This document shows, one piece after another, positions 61,479-64,000 of a stretch of 64,000 bases of DNA. Below the pieces are notes generated by a model that worked only from the letters and a program-made list of their open reading frames with translations, was not told the origin of the DNA and did no database searches. The translations under genes and the position numbers were made by a program. Origin of the DNA: Candidatus Hydrogenedentota bacterium (GTDB lineage: Bacteria > Hydrogenedentota > Hydrogenedentia > Hydrogenedentales > SLHB01); contig DAOTMJ010000027.1 in the NCBI GenBank assembly GCA_035450225.1, forward strand, positions 2,631 through 66,630, read 5' to 3'. How positions within the stretch are numbered: the first letter of the stretch is position 1; each line of letters begins with the position of its first letter.

Positions 61479-62915
61479 TTAGAACGCCTGCTTGGGGGGC
61501 GGCGCGCCCAGCGCCTCCGTCATTCGTTTCATCAAGGCCGTGAAGAAGGCTTCCTGGTGCGGGCCCATCCAGGACATGAAGCCCGTTTCGTAGTCGCTGG
61601 TCGCCTTCGGTTCGTTGTAGTATTTGTCCGGCGAGATATAGCCGATGTAGGCCGCGCAGAAACTCGACGTCCAGAGGCTGTATCCTGCGTCGTCGGCGGC
61701 GCGTTTCCATTGCGCGCTGATTTCGCCGCTGAAATCGGCGGGGATTCCCACCAGAAACAGATCGCCGACGCGCGCGGCGTGCATCCAACCCTCGATGGGC
61801 AGTCCCAAGACTTTTGGAAGCAGCGGCGACACGCGCAGACTGTGCGACAAGCGCATCTGGAACGACGGCAGTTCAATCGGGATGCCGATGGAGGCGACGT
61901 CCACATTGGTCTGCCACTTCAGATCGTGCAGGTTGGCCATGACGAGTCCGGCCAGTTCTTCTCCCATGGCCTGCGCCCGTTCGATGTCGGTCGGGCGGTC
62001 CGGCGCCACGGGACCGGAACTGCCCAGTGCGCCGCCCAAATACGCGACCGTCGTGTCCGGCATGGCCTTCTCGATGGCCGACTGGAGGAAACCGGGATAC
62101 TCGGCCGTGAATTCGACGAACCGCGAACCGACGACGGTCGGATGGGCCGAGTAGTTCAGCAGGATGCAACGGCGGCCGCCGGCCTTCTCCACCACAAGGT
62201 AACTCAACCGGGAATCAACGGGGCCCTTGCGCGCGCGGTTGCGGATATATTGCGGCGCATCGAAATGGCCGTGCGCCATCCGGGCGGTTTCAAGGCGGTT
62301 GTACGCCTCGACGATGGCGTCGGTAAAAGCCGCCGTCAGCATCGCGGGCACCTTGGGATTGTACAGACCGCCGACGAAAAACGCGGCCAAACCCTCTCCA
62401 AATCCGCCGGGGCCGTCGTGGGTATGACTGGCGCCAAAATAAAGGTTGTTGGCCGTCAGCGGCGTCTTTCGCGCCACCTCCTTGCGAACGGCCTCGGCAA
62501 TGTTCGGTGGAACAATCAGCATGTCCGCGCCCGCGATGACGACGACGTCCTCGCCGTCGCTCAAGGCAATCGCTTTTACATGCAAATCGTCGTGGATGCC
62601 GGTGGCCGTTTTTTTCGGCTTTTCGCCGAAGAGGTATTCCTTGATGTTGTGCCGCGCGCCGTACCCGGCCAGAGGCATGCCGGGTTCGAGGTCCATCCGC
62701 GCGACACCCCAACCGGCCTTCAACGGTCCGGGCGTGTCCGTAAGATGGTTCAGCCGGGCGTTTGTCTCGATAGCCGCGAGATTGCGCGTGTAATAGCCCG
62801 TTCCCTCGAAACCGGACGTATACACCGGCCACGGACCGACAAACACCACAAACAATCCCGCCAACGCCAGCGCCGACACGCCCATGCCTATCGCAATCTT
62901 TTTCCAGAGACGCAT
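61479..62915 (-). CDS. Neutral/alkaline ceramidase-like hydrolase, secreted
   Basis: Signal/TM at start MRLWKKIAIGMGVSALALAGLFVV (ATG 62915, AAGGAA RBS). Motifs GYG, IHDDLHVKA and GASHTHDGPGG resemble the neutral-ceramidase family. Confidence 0.55.
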   Translation of the reverse strand: MRLWKKIAIGMGVSALALAGLFVVFVGPWPVYTSGFEGTGYYTRNLAAIETNARLNHLTDTPGPLKAGWGVARMDLEPGMPLAGYGARHNIKEYLFGEKPKKTATGIHDDLHVKAIALSDGEDVVVIAGADMLIVPPNIAEAVRKEVARKTPLTANNLYFGASHTHDGPGGFGEGLAAFFVGGLYNPKVPAMLTAAFTDAIVEAYNRLETARMAHGHFDAPQYIRNRARKGPVDSRLSYLVVEKAGGRRCILLNYSAHPTVVGSRFVEFTAEYPGFLQSAIEKAMPDTTVAYLGGALGSSGPVAPDRPTDIERAQAMGEELAGLVMANLHDLKWQTNVDVASIGIPIELPSFQMRLSHSLRVSPLLPKVLGLPIEGWMHAARVGDLFLVGIPADFSGEISAQWKRAADDAGYSLWTSSFCAAYIGYISPDKYYNEPKATSDYETGFMSWMGPHQEAFFTALMKRMTEALGAPPPKQAF

Positions 62916-63000
62916 AACGGTTCCTTTCCTGTGCCCAATGCCCAATGCCGCCATTGTACTCTTTTGCCCCGCATTTGCGTAAGCGGACTTTTCCCGGGAA

Positions 63001-64000
63001 TTATGGTTTTTCGGCGCGAAGGCCCAAGAGCCGGGCCGCATGCATGCCCGCAACGGCGCCGGACGACCATGCCCACTGCAGATTGTAGCCCCCGGAATCG
63101 CCGTCAATGTCCAGCACCTCGCCGGCAAAATGAACGCCGGGCATCCGCCTCGATTCGAGCGTAACCGGGTCCACCTCGCGGACATCCACCCCGCCCGCAG
63201 TCACTTGCGAAAACATCCACGATTGCGTGCCCGTGCAGGGAAGGGTCCACGCTTTCAGGACGGACGCTATGCGTTCCGTTTCTTTGGCGTCCAGCGTTCC
63301 GCACGGCCGTTGTTGCGCTTCCCGGATGTTCGCCGCCTGCAGCAGGACGGGTATCAGGCGCTTGTGGATAAACCCCACGAAACTGAACGCGATGGATTTT
63401 CCCGGATCGTTCGCCGTACGTTCATTGATCAGGGCCGTCAACGCCTCGCGCGACAACGCCGGAAACAAGTCAATCCGCAGATGCGAGGCGCGCCCGCGCG
63501 TCGTGGCCTCCGAAAGGACCCGACTCAATTGAAGGATGGCCGTTCCGGAAATGCCGTACTTCGTGAACAGCAGTTCGCCGCGCTCCGTCTGCGCCGGGCG
63601 ATCCGACACCCACGCCGCTGCTTCGCCCTGAAGGCTCACGCCCGCGATTTGGTCGAGGTAGGGCGCGTCGAGACGGACTTGGACCAGCGCGGGAAACGGC
63701 TCGACAAGGGCATGGCCCATCGCCCGGGCGATTTTGAACCCGCCGCCGTTGGAGCCCAGATTCGGGGAGGATTGCCCGCCCGCGCACACCACAACGCGCG
63801 ACGCCTCGAAGATCCGCCCGTCGCCGCACACGCACCGGAGTCCCCCGCGCCGCCGTTCGACGGCATGCACGATGGTGTCGCACACCTCCGCCACGCCCCG
63901 TTGCGCCATCTCGTAACGGAGCACGTCGAGAACGCTCGACGCCTGCCGGCTCGCCGGGAACAATTTACCCGCGTCTTCCTCCTCGACCCTTACCCCCAGC
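63001..64000 (-). CDS. HI0933/BaiN-like FAD-dependent flavoprotein (5'-truncated by window end)
   Basis: C-terminal 320 aa of an NAD(FAD)-utilising dehydrogenase family. GGGFKIARAMGH, FAGEVLDIDGDSGGYNLQWAWSSG. The N-terminus lies beyond position 64000. Confidence 0.65.
   Translation of the reverse strand, partial: LGVRVEEEDAGKLFPASRQASSVLDVLRYEMAQRGVAEVCDTIVHAVERRRGGLRCVCGDGRIFEASRVVVCAGGQSSPNLGSNGGGFKIARAMGHALVEPFPALVQVRLDAPYLDQIAGVSLQGEAAAWVSDRPAQTERGELLFTKYGISGTAILQLSRVLSEATTRGRASHLRIDLFPALSREALTALINERTANDPGKSIAFSFVGFIHKRLIPVLLQAANIREAQQRPCGTLDAKETERIASVLKAWTLPCTGTQSWMFSQVTAGGVDVREVDPVTLESRRMPGVHFAGEVLDIDGDSGGYNLQWAWSSGAVAGMHAARLLGLRAEKP

Overview
This is a high-GC (about 60-65%) bacterial chromosomal segment with no recognisable mobile elements, CRISPR arrays, tRNAs or rRNAs. 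Most confidently called genes are on the minus strand, many sharing 1-20 nt start/stop overlaps that suggest operons.

Housekeeping genes are present: guaB-guaA (IMP dehydrogenase, GMP synthase), clpP, dnaN, maf, a DivIVA-domain protein, hisG, a GNAT-ProC fusion, galK and rmlC. There is no dnaA next to dnaN. A 740-bp AT-rich island upstream of dnaN carries three DnaA boxes of the TTATNCACA class (two perfect TTATCCACA, one TTATGCACA), so I call it a candidate oriC.

Several glycan and envelope enzymes are present: a GH33 sialidase, a DUF2961/GH172-like protein, a 763-aa secreted glycosidase-like protein, a LysM-amidase, a GT2 plus GT39-like pair, a neutral-ceramidase-like protein and an EEP (sphingomyelinase-like) phosphoesterase.

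The most unusual content falls into six items:
- A six-gene minus-strand operon (8.7-17.7 kb) encodes a reversed-order HldE-like cytidylyltransferase::PfkB kinase, a radical-SAM enzyme, two membrane-anchored SGNH hydrolases, a 756-aa polytopic membrane protein and a secreted protein. This looks like an undescribed envelope sugar activation and modification system.
- An 11-kb signalling island (29.5-40.3 kb) carries six consecutive receiver-domain genes. These are two REC-HDOD paralogues (one with a degenerate HD), a REC-HD-GYP, a REC-histidine kinase, a 1484-aa REC-PAS-GAF-GAF-PAS-HK hybrid and a pseudo-REC plus REC protein.
- A roughly 950-bp hairpin-rich non-coding region lies upstream of a sugar-binding lipoprotein gene.
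- A 1330-aa protein has eleven 231-bp tandem coiled-coil repeats, one transmembrane helix and a C-terminal LRR domain. It sits divergent to an ankyrin-repeat gene.
- A MacAB/Lol-like ABC exporter operon is interrupted by a repeat island.
- Two families of REP-like perfect-hairpin repeats recur in intergenic regions: 'ACGCGGCAAGATGCCGCGTCTACG' and 'GGACAGGCTGTC..CAGCCTGTCC'.
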